NCBI GenBank assembly: GCA_012295275.1 | Contig: CM022679.1 | Span: 248,001-312,000 of the forward strand | Direction: 5' to 3' | From: Chrysomallon squamiferum | Taxonomy: Eukaryota > Animalia > Mollusca | DNA length: 64,000 bases | Shown here: positions 14,937 through 25,609 of the stretch, in pieces | Layout of the letters: each line of letters starts with the position of its first letter | Numbering within the stretch: the stretch's first letter is position 1 | Notes under the pieces: model-generated | What the model saw: only the letters and a program-made list of their open reading frames with translations | Told to the model about the DNA's origin: nothing | Database searches by the model: none | Made by a program: the position numbers and the translations under genes

Positions 14937-17900
14937 ATGGCTACTCTGCTAAAAGGTCCTGGTTGTAATATGTACAATGTAAAACCATTTTATCCTTCGA
15001 ACTTAGGCATTGAAATTCCAAATGTTATGTACCAAATGAAAAATATACAGTCAGAAACATACGCAGTAAGTTACTTTTTAATTTATTAATCTTAAAACGT
15101 CAGTAAGACTTACTGACTTACTCAAGTTACTGCAAATTCTGAAATTATAGTGACTATTCAGTCTGTTGCTAATACTATTAGTATTATAATTATACTAATG
15201 TGAGATAAGTGACAAACTTTTCTTTTAAAAACAAACAAAAAATATTGTTTTCCTAAGACGTTATATTTATATATGATTTTATCATTAGAAAGAAGGGGAG
15301 GGAATGCATATTAAGATCTGTTTTATAGTATAAACTTATAAAGTATTGATAATCATAACTGATATGAAGAAAGTTACCAAGTTTTATTGGAATAAAAGTG
15401 GAGGGTATTTTCCTTTCGTAATGATAATCTATAGTGAAATCGTGATTCATGTATGTATTTTGCAACAATAGCATTAATTAGTGTTAATTTGTCTTCATTA
15501 TACAACTCTAACCTTTCATAAAAATTGAAGCAATGTGTGTGAATTATATCTGATAATAAAGTTTTTGATAGGTTTGGAAACATCATTCCTCATATGTCAG
15601 ATATTCCTTGCCTTGTCCCACAAAAATACCTGAAATATTTGTAATCTGTATATGATTTAAAGTCTCAGGTAAGCTTACCTTGGACACACAGTAAATTTGT
15701 CTGTTGATTCTCCGTTGTTTACCAAAGATGACATATCAAAAAATGAATGCTGTGAAGTGTGATGAAGCTGAATGTGTTTACTGTGTTAAGATATTTGATG
15801 TTTTTGAAATTGTATAAAAATAATGGCAAAACCAATATGCAAATGAGGGAACTTTCATCAAGGTAAGCAAAACATATCACAACAATCAGGTAACATCTTT
15901 TGTCACATAACTACAACTGTTACTAGTATTATTATTACTAATGTGACAATACTTTTAAAAATATCATTTACCTATAATATTATATATTATCATTAAGAGT
16001 GTCCTCCCCCACCATTTCAGTCATTTGGAAACATAAATACTGAATACATCGCATAGTTTCGAACAAGTAATATATAAAAATGTATTATATATTAAAATGA
16101 AGTTTTTGATAAATTCTGTGGCTGTACAGTATAATGAATATTTTTAAGCATGTTGCTAACAGTCATGAATTTTAATTAGTTAATTGCACTAATTAGCTCA
16201 GATGTACCTTACACTTAATTATGTAATTCTCAAAAACTCCACAGAAATTAAATAATATACAAAAAGATCATTTTTCAAGACTGATGATTTGTGGAGGTAT
16301 TTACATTTTCAAGCATTTTTTTTTTATGCACCATTTAATTAGCCTTATGATTTTGTTATACAGACATCAAAACATTCATAAAAATCTGTCTTTATCAGAA
16401 ACAAATATTGTGCCACATAATTACAAAACAAAATAAATAAATGTTGAACTTTTCAGACTTCAGCAGCAACATATATCTTTATGGCTGTGAACACTACATG
16501 TCTTGGTAACTCAAATTAAGTATCTGCTACCTCATTATTTGTTTGGAATTTGACAGATTATTAGAGAAAAGTTTAATCTGCAACTTGCATGATTTAAAGT
16601 AAGCTTGTATTAGTCACCCGACGATCATTTTCAAATGGTGAACATGTCTGTTGATTCCCTGTTGTTAGGGTAAAAAATCACATCAAGAAGCTCAGTATGT
16701 ATACCATAACATGTAAAAATAATATGTAGAAATGGAAACTAAAATGAGGGAAGCCCCTTCAAGCAAAGTGAATGTGTCACAAGAATCAGGCCACCTTTCT
16801 CTGCAGCACAGAGACAGCTTTTGTCACATACCTACAGTTATGTTTAAATATCTATCTCATCTGAGTCATTAGCTTGTGTAAAATTATATTTTAATTTTTT
16901 AATTTTAAAAGTTATATTTTTAAAATAAAGACAAAATAAAATAAACTGACACACAAAACTGTAATAACACGTATATATGAATACATGAGAGGGTAATGTA
17001 AACAATACTTAGTCTGTGTGTACAAATCTTAAGGATATCATAAATTAATGTGATTCTATTTTTGAAATGAAAATCCTTTATTGTTTCTGTTAAAAGAATC
17101 AGATAAAATATGTTAACATGATTGATAAGGAATGTTGTTTAAGAGGTGCTTCAATCTGGTGATATTCTATATTACACCTGAATTTAATTATTTATAACCA
17201 GTCCAGCGTTGCCAAAATGGAAAATGATACTTGAGCTGTAGTTGTCTGTTCATCTTGTATTTAAATAAAATTTGGTAAAAATAAACAAACAATTGTGGGG
17301 TTAAAATACTGAAACCAGCAAACAGTAAAATGTTAATTTAAGCCTTAAAAATAAATAAAAACATAAATAAATAAACCTCTCCCCCAGAAAAGAAAAGAAC
17401 AAAAAAAAAACCCCAATAAACAGCGACAGAAAAACCAAACAGAAATAAATAAATAATAACACTAAACAGAAGAAAAAAAAGCTGCACTATTTGAACAGGA
17501 ATCAAAAATGAAGGCTTTGAATGCAGGAATTACTTAACTGAAACAACATTTATTAATCATAGAAAAAACAAATAGATCACAGATTTGTGTGCAACTTTAT
17601 CTTACTTTAAATATCTAACACATTAAAATATAGTTTTTATTTCACACATTCTACTATTTGTTGCTTATCTAATTTTTCATCATCTGCAAAATAGACCATT
17701 TTATAAAAATATAAAATGCAATGAGATATTTAACTTGAAAACAAAAATACATAGATATATAGCTGATACAGTGTGTGACATAAAATATTAAATTGTCTAA
17801 AGTTCTTGTATTTAAATGCTGAAAAATTAATCTGTTTGAGGTGAGTACAAAATCTGTCAGAGTCAGAGTAAACAGAAAAAAAATAGCTCCCAAGTACACT

Positions 17901-20900
17901 CAGTGAAAAGTGATTTAAATTTCACTATAGTCTGCCAAATTCTGGTTTGTCAATAATTTTATACTTTACATCTAGTTATGAAGAAATTATCAGAACATTT
18001 TTATTTATTTATTTTTTATTTTATTTTTGATGAAGTCAGAAAAGTGTTTTTTTTATAAGATGTTATATAATTACACAATACAAATCACATGAGATCATCC
18101 ACTTGTAGACAGAAATAGCAGATTTTTCTTTCTTCTTTGCTGCAGGCAGTAAACTTTTATACAGAAAATTGTGCAAGTCTCGTATAGAGATTTCTAGCAA
18201 CTCCACAAGTAACCTTGTTCATGTTAAAGATTACTTTTCTATCCCACTAACTTTACAACTGTATCTGACATTTTAAATGTTCAACTGTACTTGACTGATA
18301 TTTTAATTGTATAATTGTACTTAACTGAATTTTAATTATATAACTGTATGTGAGTGAGGTTTAAAACAAGGAATGAATAAGAAATGGTAAACAACAAAGG
18401 CATGTTTTTTACATCTGTTAATGTTTATGTGTGGAAGCTGGCATCTCTCTCCAGCTAATGGCTGGTGAAATGTGTAACATGATAGGCTGCCTACGCCTTT
18501 CCCAATTTACTCCTTGTGATGAAAACAGATTCACTTTTCTCTAGCACTCTATACCTGTGTTTTCATCTCTGCTGTACATACATTTTTTTTAATTTTTTTT
18601 TTATTCAACTCTAGTGAGTCAATGTTCAAGCCTTTATGAATTTTTATTTTTTATGTTTTTGGATTTATTGTTGTGCTGTTTGGAGAGATCATGAAGATAT
18701 TTTTACCTTATTTTGATTCTGCTTGGAGTTTTGCACGTTTCCATTGCATTGTTTTCTGAGTGCAGTTACCTAAATGATTGGATTTCTTTGATAAAATGAT
18801 TTGATTGTTTTACTGGAAATACTTTTTAGCACTAAAATGTGAAACAACTGAAGCAAACATGGGTAATGTTTTGTCAAGATGCATTCACAACATTCGAGAT
18901 TGGTGGCAGATCTGCAGATCAGTGAAAAGTGATTATGATGAAGAAAATTGTACATACAGTTTCTCAAGAGAAAATTTAGAAAAATACAAAATTCAGCATT
19001 CAGAAACAAATGAAAATGTCTGTAAGTTAAGTTTAGAGAATGAAAAATCATTTCAGATTATAAGTTCATCAGAGAGAAATGATGACAGGAACATTTTAGC
19101 ATCATCCACTCCATGTCAGTGTGATGCTGCAGTTCATGATGTTGACAAGTGTAATGCTGTAAGACATGATGTTGTTAAGTGTAATGCTGTAGGACATGAT
19201 GCTGTTAAGCGTAATGCTGCAGTCCATGATGTTATTAAGTATAATGCTGTAGGACATGATGTTGTTAAGTGTAATGCTGTAGAACGTGCTGTTGTCAAGT
19301 GTGAAGGTGTAGGACATGATGTTGTCAAGTGTAATGCTGTAGGACATGGTATTGTTAAGTGTAATGCTGTAGGACATGATATTGTTAAGTGTAATGCTGC
19401 AGTCCATGATGTTGATAATTGTAGTGATATAGGACATGATGTTAAGTGTAATACATCAGTTGTTAAATGTAATAAAAGTAAACTTTGTTTTTATGAAAAT
19501 GAAGGTTTTAGAACACGTAGTAATTACAGAATGAACAGTGTCAGTTGGCATGGCAGTAGAGTGGATGGTGTAGGCTGGTCAAGAAGCAGTGGTCAGGTCA
19601 CTGTGAACTGGCCTGGGCGGTGTGAACTAGACAGCATGGTAAACCGAAGTCAGAGCAAAACACGATCAGAAATTATCACAAATGTTCACATGATTAGAGG
19701 AATGGATCAACATGTTTATGAAAATCAGTCCAATGTTTGCTTATCTCTACAGAATACTTCAGACATTAAAAAGAACAAGTGCAACATGACATTTGGTGGC
19801 AGCAAGTCAGATTCAGCTCTGAGAGCTGAAATAGTGTCAAACTTGTACAAATGTTACAAGATAGAAACTGACAAACACAATGACTTGAAGACATTGAACA
19901 ACAATAACACAGAAATGTTTGTCATAGAGTCGCAGAGAGCCCCAGTTTCTACTGCCATTTACAAAAAAGTGTCAAACTTAGAAAAAACACATCAAGTATT
20001 TGATGCTGAAATAATGTTTTGTCATTACAGACAAGAGGAGAATGGAAAGGTTAGTAGAGTGACTTGTTAACAAAATATTTCTTTCACAAGACAGTTATTC
20101 ATTGTCAAACGTTTATTCACCTAGTGCTAATATGTGATCTACTGTTTCAATTATTAGCAAGATTAACACATACTTAGTCTTTGATAAACCAGAATGTTCA
20201 ATATCACCTTTGTCATTGTGTTCTAATCAGTGAATGTATTTAAAATATTTAGCAACTGAAAGCGTCGTAAATCTTATGTAAAACAGAATTGTTTAATACA
20301 TTGCCTCAGTAGTCTCTCACAGAAACATTACTAGAAATGTGTTATTTTACACCAAGTATTAACAGTACCTCTTCAGAGAAAACAAGAACACAATATGGTT
20401 AACTATAACAGTGTATGAAGTACACAGATATGTTTGTTCAGTATTAACAAGTAAGAAACTTAGAACATTGTACAGTTATTTGTAACAGTGTAAGAAAACA
20501 GGGAACACTGTACAGTTATTTGTAACTGTAAGAAGTACACAGATATGTTTGTTTAGTATGAACAAGTAAGAAACTTAGAACACTGTACAGTTATTTGTAA
20601 CAGTGTAAGAAGTACACAGATATGTTTGTTTAGTATGAACAAGTAAGAAACTTAGAACACTGTACAGTTATTAATCAGTTTTACAATCATTGTTTCTCTG
20701 ATTCTTTTTCACTTTTTCAATCCTGTCTTACTTTCTCTCTGTTCTGTAAAGATGGGTCTGTTTTCGCAGTAAGAGAAAGTATGTTACAGGATGAACATGT
20801 TGAACTAATTAGTCTTCTGTAATAATTAGTAACTACAAATATATGCTGTTAGTGTTTGAAATCTGTAACTGTTTCAGAAAAAAACCTATATTATTATTTA

Positions 20901-23900
20901 ATGTATATAAAATGACTAATTAAATTAAATCTGTTAAATATATTAAACAGTTTGGTAAACAGTGTGCAATATTAATGTCATTCAAATTTATGAAATGTTA
21001 GTGAGATTCATAAACTAATGTTTTCTTGGTTGTTCATTACTAGAACCTTTCCAGTTTGCTTGTTACATCTAATATAACAGTTAATATATACATAGACTGA
21101 TACTGGATAATATACACAATAAAGTTGTGAAGTCATTTGTTAGTTTCATTCTGAGAAAAACAACTGAGAACGCTTTTATGAAATTTGGCTATATTCTCCA
21201 AATTATTTTCGAGTGTTCAGCATTCAAAAGAATTAGAAAAAGGGTCAGAACTATACATCTTTATACATAATTTAAAAAAAAAAAAAAGTATTATTACACA
21301 CACCCATGAAGAGAGAATATTTCTACTGAATCAGACTTGAATGTGGAATATTATGAAGTACTTGTTTGTTTCTGGCACAAAAACACTTTTCTACATGTTA
21401 CAGATGTTAATACCCTGTCTGACTGGTGTTATATTTTATGTACGTTATACACATTAGTACATAGAATCTGTCTGACTGGTGTTTTATTTTATGTTAAACA
21501 CATTTTTATTAAGTATGCAAGCTCATTCAGGTTATCGGGAGGTTACCACCTATTAATAAAGTCGATAACAAAATCATTCAATGAACAACTAATTTCCTTG
21601 ATTCCGCAATTCCATTTTTTTTCTTTCTTTTTCTCGTATGTAATTCCACCAAAGGTACTGCCAGCTGAATTTTAACACTTCCACTTTTTAGACATATCTG
21701 CGGTGTGACGTCACATGTTTAGTGACGGTCGGTCCACAGTGTGACTTCACTTAGTTTGCAACAGTATTTAACTTAAATGTAGCATTACCGGGCACCAGAT
21801 TAATTAAAATAGAATCCATTCACATGAAAACGTTTAAAAAATGGGATTTTTCCAATGACTTTTGGTTCAAAGTAAATGAAAACAAAAATACAATACAAAA
21901 TTTGTACTGAAAACATAAAGGCAATAAGAAATGAAGCTAAGTTAAGACGTATAACTGGTAAGTTGCTTGATGGATTACTTGTCTATATTGATAGAGACAC
22001 AGGCTACATACACAAATCAAATGCAAAAAAGAATATTTCACAAAACAGTTCAGATTCAGACTCTCAAACAAATTCAGCTTCTGATAGTGTGAAATTAAAT
22101 CGTAATGTTACAAGTTCTAATTCCAATGGAAAATTATTTGAAAAAACCAGTAAAGAACAATATAAGAATCATTGCAATACAGCACTGTAGTTGGTTATGC
22201 AGGAGAGACCTATGCATTTGCTGAAATTGGTGAACAATAAAATCAACTGTAGATGAACTCAATACACATGTTGCTAATGATAGTGATCTGCCATTTCCAG
22301 TTACTCTCAGCAAAGATGGTCACGAGACAACCATTACAGCAGAGGCTACCAACCTTACAGCGTGTGTAAGATTCAAACAAGACAATCAGTTGAATAACAA
22401 GCAAAAACAACAAGCAGAAAGTGTTGTTTTTTACAATAAAAGAAAAGTTTGTTCTGAACCATGTTCACTAGGTTACCAGGTCCTGTTTTGTGGTAACCTC
22501 TAAATGGGTTACCAGACACGATCCTTATTTCAATGCCTGAGTATGATACGATTAATAGATAGTTTTAATAACAATATCTAACGGTAAATATAAATTTTTA
22601 TGCTTATTTATATATTTTATTTTTTGCAGGGATCAGATCATTCTAAGGAAGATTGTTTGGTTGCAAGGCAACAGTTGCTGTTAAATCAACTTGAAGACTT
22701 GCAGCAGGCTGTTCATACTTTGACTGTTAAATATAGTGTGTCATTTGACAAAAGTTCCAGTTTATCTCCTCAGATTACAAATGTACCCAGTCCTTTACAG
22801 GTAAGTAATTAATGATTATATATAACAAATAATTCTTTACAAGTAAATACTTAATTATCATATACAATATATCAGTCCAGGGTTTGTATGTGTTTTGGAA
22901 ATTCATCACAGTGTTTTCCAGAACCTTAAATTTTTTTGAAAATCAAGTGTTGTTACCTTGGCTATGGAAAATTATATCTTTGCCATAAATAAAATGTATG
23001 AAAAACTTGTTTGTTTCATCAGTATTTAGCCCCAACCCAGTATAATGAGCTAATATAATGAGGTGCCATTATAGCCTAGCCAACAAAAAATGGTTCCATT
23101 CTGGTAGTGGTTCTGTTTTAGCCTGACCAAGAAAGACTAACTCAGGCTATCTAAGCAGTTTGCCACGAGTTTGATGTATCTATGATTTCAATAGCCAGTG
23201 CACCTATGGAGTAATTGAATAATTAAGAAAGGAATGTGATAACTTTTCATGAAACAATACTTCTGTATTCATATTTCTAGCAATCTGCTTTACATATCAT
23301 CGCAGTCATGTTCACTCCAAGAATAAAACTGCATTTTAAAACACCAAACTAAATTACATTAATTTTCTTATTACTAGTAATCCTGCATGTGTACCATGTA
23401 TAAATATTATATACAATATATCAGTAATATACAGGTAAATAAATAATTATTTTATATAACACATTAGTCTCACACAGGTATGTAAATATCATAACAGCAA
23501 ACAGAGTTCTCTCCCTTCTTGGTTTCTTCTAATTAAATATAGTATAAAATGTTCTTTGATTGGAACTTTACAAGTTCTGTGTGACAGGTTTCTTTTCATA
23601 CAACTGTGTTGTGTTAACGGTAAACAAATTAATTCATTTGTTTTCATTTCAGATAGTTATAAAAAAGGCTGTCTCTATTAATGTTTTTATTTTAACGTGA
23701 AATATTCCAACAAGTATATATATTTTTATTTGCAGCCTGGTGTAGTTGTTGATGTTGTAATACATGCTGATCCATCATCACCTCCATTGTCAGTGTTTGT
23801 TCTGTATGAACTACTGAAGAGACAGATAAAAACAGCATCGGCAGTGTTTACACACAGCTCAGTGACTACCACAGTGCCAGACAAACTACGAGACATCTTC

Positions 23901-25190
23901 AGAAACAATGTGAACGGGGAGAGGGCTGACATCCAAGTGGCTTTCACAGTAATCTGGAAACAAGGTATGAATATAAATGGGTCATTCCGTGTCAAATCAC
24001 TCAAAAAAAAAAAAAAATTAAACCCGACCATCTCAGATTTTTATGAAACTTGGTACACATGTTGACTGGGATCCCACAGCACCAAATCTGAAATTTTATG
24101 CCAATCAGACCAGTGGTGTGGGAGATATGGCCTCCCAAAATTTTGAGATTTTTGGCAAAAAAAGAACAAACATTATTACACCCAGGAAACTTTTAAATGT
24201 TTTAGTTAACATGTGGGAGATTAAATTTCAATAAAGGTCCACTCAAGGTCACGTGATCCACACGGTCAAATTCAAGGTCAAAACAAAGGTCAAAAGGTCA
24301 ATGTACTCAGATTTGGAATCCTTGTCATATTGCCTTTTCAACAATACCAATTTTATGAAAATTGGCCCAGTAGTTCCTGAGATATGAGAGTTCAAAGGTT
24401 TGTGGTCATGCCCATTTTTGCCAAAAATCTCAAAATTCGGGGGGCATATCTGCCACACCATTTGTCTGATTGGCATAAAATTGTCTGATTGGCATGGAAT
24501 CCCAGTCAACAAGTGTACCAAGTTTCATAAAAATCTGAGACGGTCGGGTTTAACCCACTGGGTGATTTGACACGGAATGACCCAAATACATTTGTTTCAG
24601 TGAAGGATGTAGTACACTATATAAATACATTTGTTTCAGTGAAGGATGTAGTACACTATATAAATACATTTGTTTCAGTGAAGGATGTAGCACACTATAT
24701 AAATATATTTGTTTCAGTGAAGGATGTAGTACACTATATAAATATATTTGTTTCAGTGAAGGATGAAGTACACTATATAAATTTATTTGTTTCAGTGAAG
24801 AATGGTCCAGTGTTGTTAGTTAATACAGGCAAACAGAGTCCTATCTTTGGAGAAAGTAATGTTGCAAGATATTTAGGAAGATTACTCAATCCCTCTTATG
24901 ACAGTAGTGACATTGTCATGGCAACAGTCATGGATGAATGGCTGGATTTAGCAGAGCAGGTTGTCTGTGGCAACAAGAAGGAGAAAATGGCAGTAGTGAG
25001 GTCAATGAACACAAGACTTGGACGAAATGATTGGCTTGTTGGATCTGCAATGTCACTGGTCGATGTTGTCATGTGGTCAGTTTTGCACCAGTCAGGACTT
25101 GTGGATGATGCTCCAGCAAAAGTAAAAAGATGGCTGAAAGTTTGTGGTGAAGATCAAATCTTTTCCAAAACGCTACACCTGATTGGTTAA
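14937..25190 (+). CDS. AIMP2: Aminoacyl-tRNA synthetase complex-interacting multifunctional protein 2 (AIMP2/p38), 4 coding exons
   Basis: Exon 1 14937-15065 (MATLLKGPGCNMYNVKPFYPSNLGIEIPNVMYQMKNIQ, like the AIMP2 N-terminal MYQVKPY..ELPTCMY; not in ORF track). Exon 2 22630-22800 (coiled coil LVARQQLLLNQLEDLQQAV). Exon 3 23736-23964 (DVVIHADPSSPPLS...FTVIWK, thioredoxin-like). Exon 4 24796-25190 (PIFGESNVARYLGRLL, GST-C-like). Splice phases 0,0,1 are consistent. Confidence 0.92.
18859..20070 (+). CDS. Uncharacterised intronless ORF (~403 aa) with ~11 Cys/His decapeptide repeats, nested in AIMP2 intron 1
   Basis: 1.2-kb open frame in very AT-rich DNA. Likely start MGNVLSRC. Repeat HDVVKCNAVG at ~19120-19450; non-repetitive flanks (~85 and ~200 aa) are also open. 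Confidence 0.5.
   Translation: MGNVLSRCIHNIRDWWQICRSVKSDYDEENCTYSFSRENLEKYKIQHSETNENVCKLSLENEKSFQIISSSERNDDRNILASSTPCQCDAAVHDVDKCNAVRHDVVKCNAVGHDAVKRNAAVHDVIKYNAVGHDVVKCNAVERAVVKCEGVGHDVVKCNAVGHGIVKCNAVGHDIVKCNAAVHDVDNCSDIGHDVKCNTSVVKCNKSKLCFYENEGFRTRSNYRMNSVSWHGSRVDGVGWSRSSGQVTVNWPGRCELDSMVNRSQSKTRSEIITNVHMIRGMDQHVYENQSNVCLSLQNTSDIKKNKCNMTFGGSKSDSALRAEIVSNLYKCYKIETDKHNDLKTLNNNNTEMFVIESQRAPVSTAIYKKVSNLEKTHQVFDAEIMFCHYRQEENGKVSRVTC
19120..19450. repeat. 30-bp coding minisatellite (catgatgttgttaagtgtaatgctgtagga)
   Basis: ~11 in-frame copies. Confidence 0.9.
20405..20671. repeat. ~77 bp tandem repeat x3
   Basis: gaagtacacagatatgtttgtttagtatgaacaagtaagaaacttagaacactgtacagtta recurs three times. 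Confidence 0.8.
21824..22190 (+). mobile_element. Possible degenerate DNA-transposon (hAT/ZNF862-like) N-terminal fragment
   Basis: Frameshifted MKTFKKWDFSNDFWFKVNEN / YKICTENIKAIRNE...DTGYIHKSNAKK resembles invertebrate hAT-associated zinc-finger N-termini; short inverted gaggttacca (~21539) / tggtaacctc (~22491) flank it. Confidence 0.3.
23979..24583. mobile_element. Non-autonomous TIR DNA transposon (MITE-like, 605 bp) in AIMP2 intron 3
   Basis: Termini GGGTCATTCCGTGTCAAATCAC ... GTGATTTGACACGGAATGACCC; internal inverted arms (aacccgac.tctcagatttttatgaaacttggtacac.gttgactggga); flanked by 4-bp AAAT direct repeat (putative TSD). Confidence 0.88.
24584..24800 (+). repeat. 39-bp tandem repeat duplicating the AIMP2 exon 4 acceptor
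   Basis: tttgtttcag|tgaag occurs with AG ending at 24600, 24639, 24678, 24717, 24756, 24795. Confidence 0.92.
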
Positions 25191-25609
25191 ATAAAGCTAC
25201 ATTTATGTCTCTGAATTGTCTGTTTAGTAAATTATAAGTGAAAAATACACTTTGTCGCAATGCATATTTTGTATTTTTATTTATTCATTTATTTTATTTT
25301 ATATAAAAGAAAGAATATATTTATAAAGCTGGTTCTTTGTGAAGTTAGCACTCGTAGTTAACAAAGAAAGAGAATCGGAGAGTAATATAAATAAGTAAAG
25401 AAAATACTATATAAATACAATGTTTACTAAATCCACTTATATCCCAGCAGTGTAACTAGAAACAGTATATAATATATTGTACTGCACCTTTTAAACATTT
25501 GTGGATCATTAAAATGTTTTTGTAAATTTGAGAGGAAATTAAATTACTCAGTGTGTTGCAAATATAATACAGGAAAATAAACTACTCAGTCATAGGAAAA
25601 TTAGTCATT

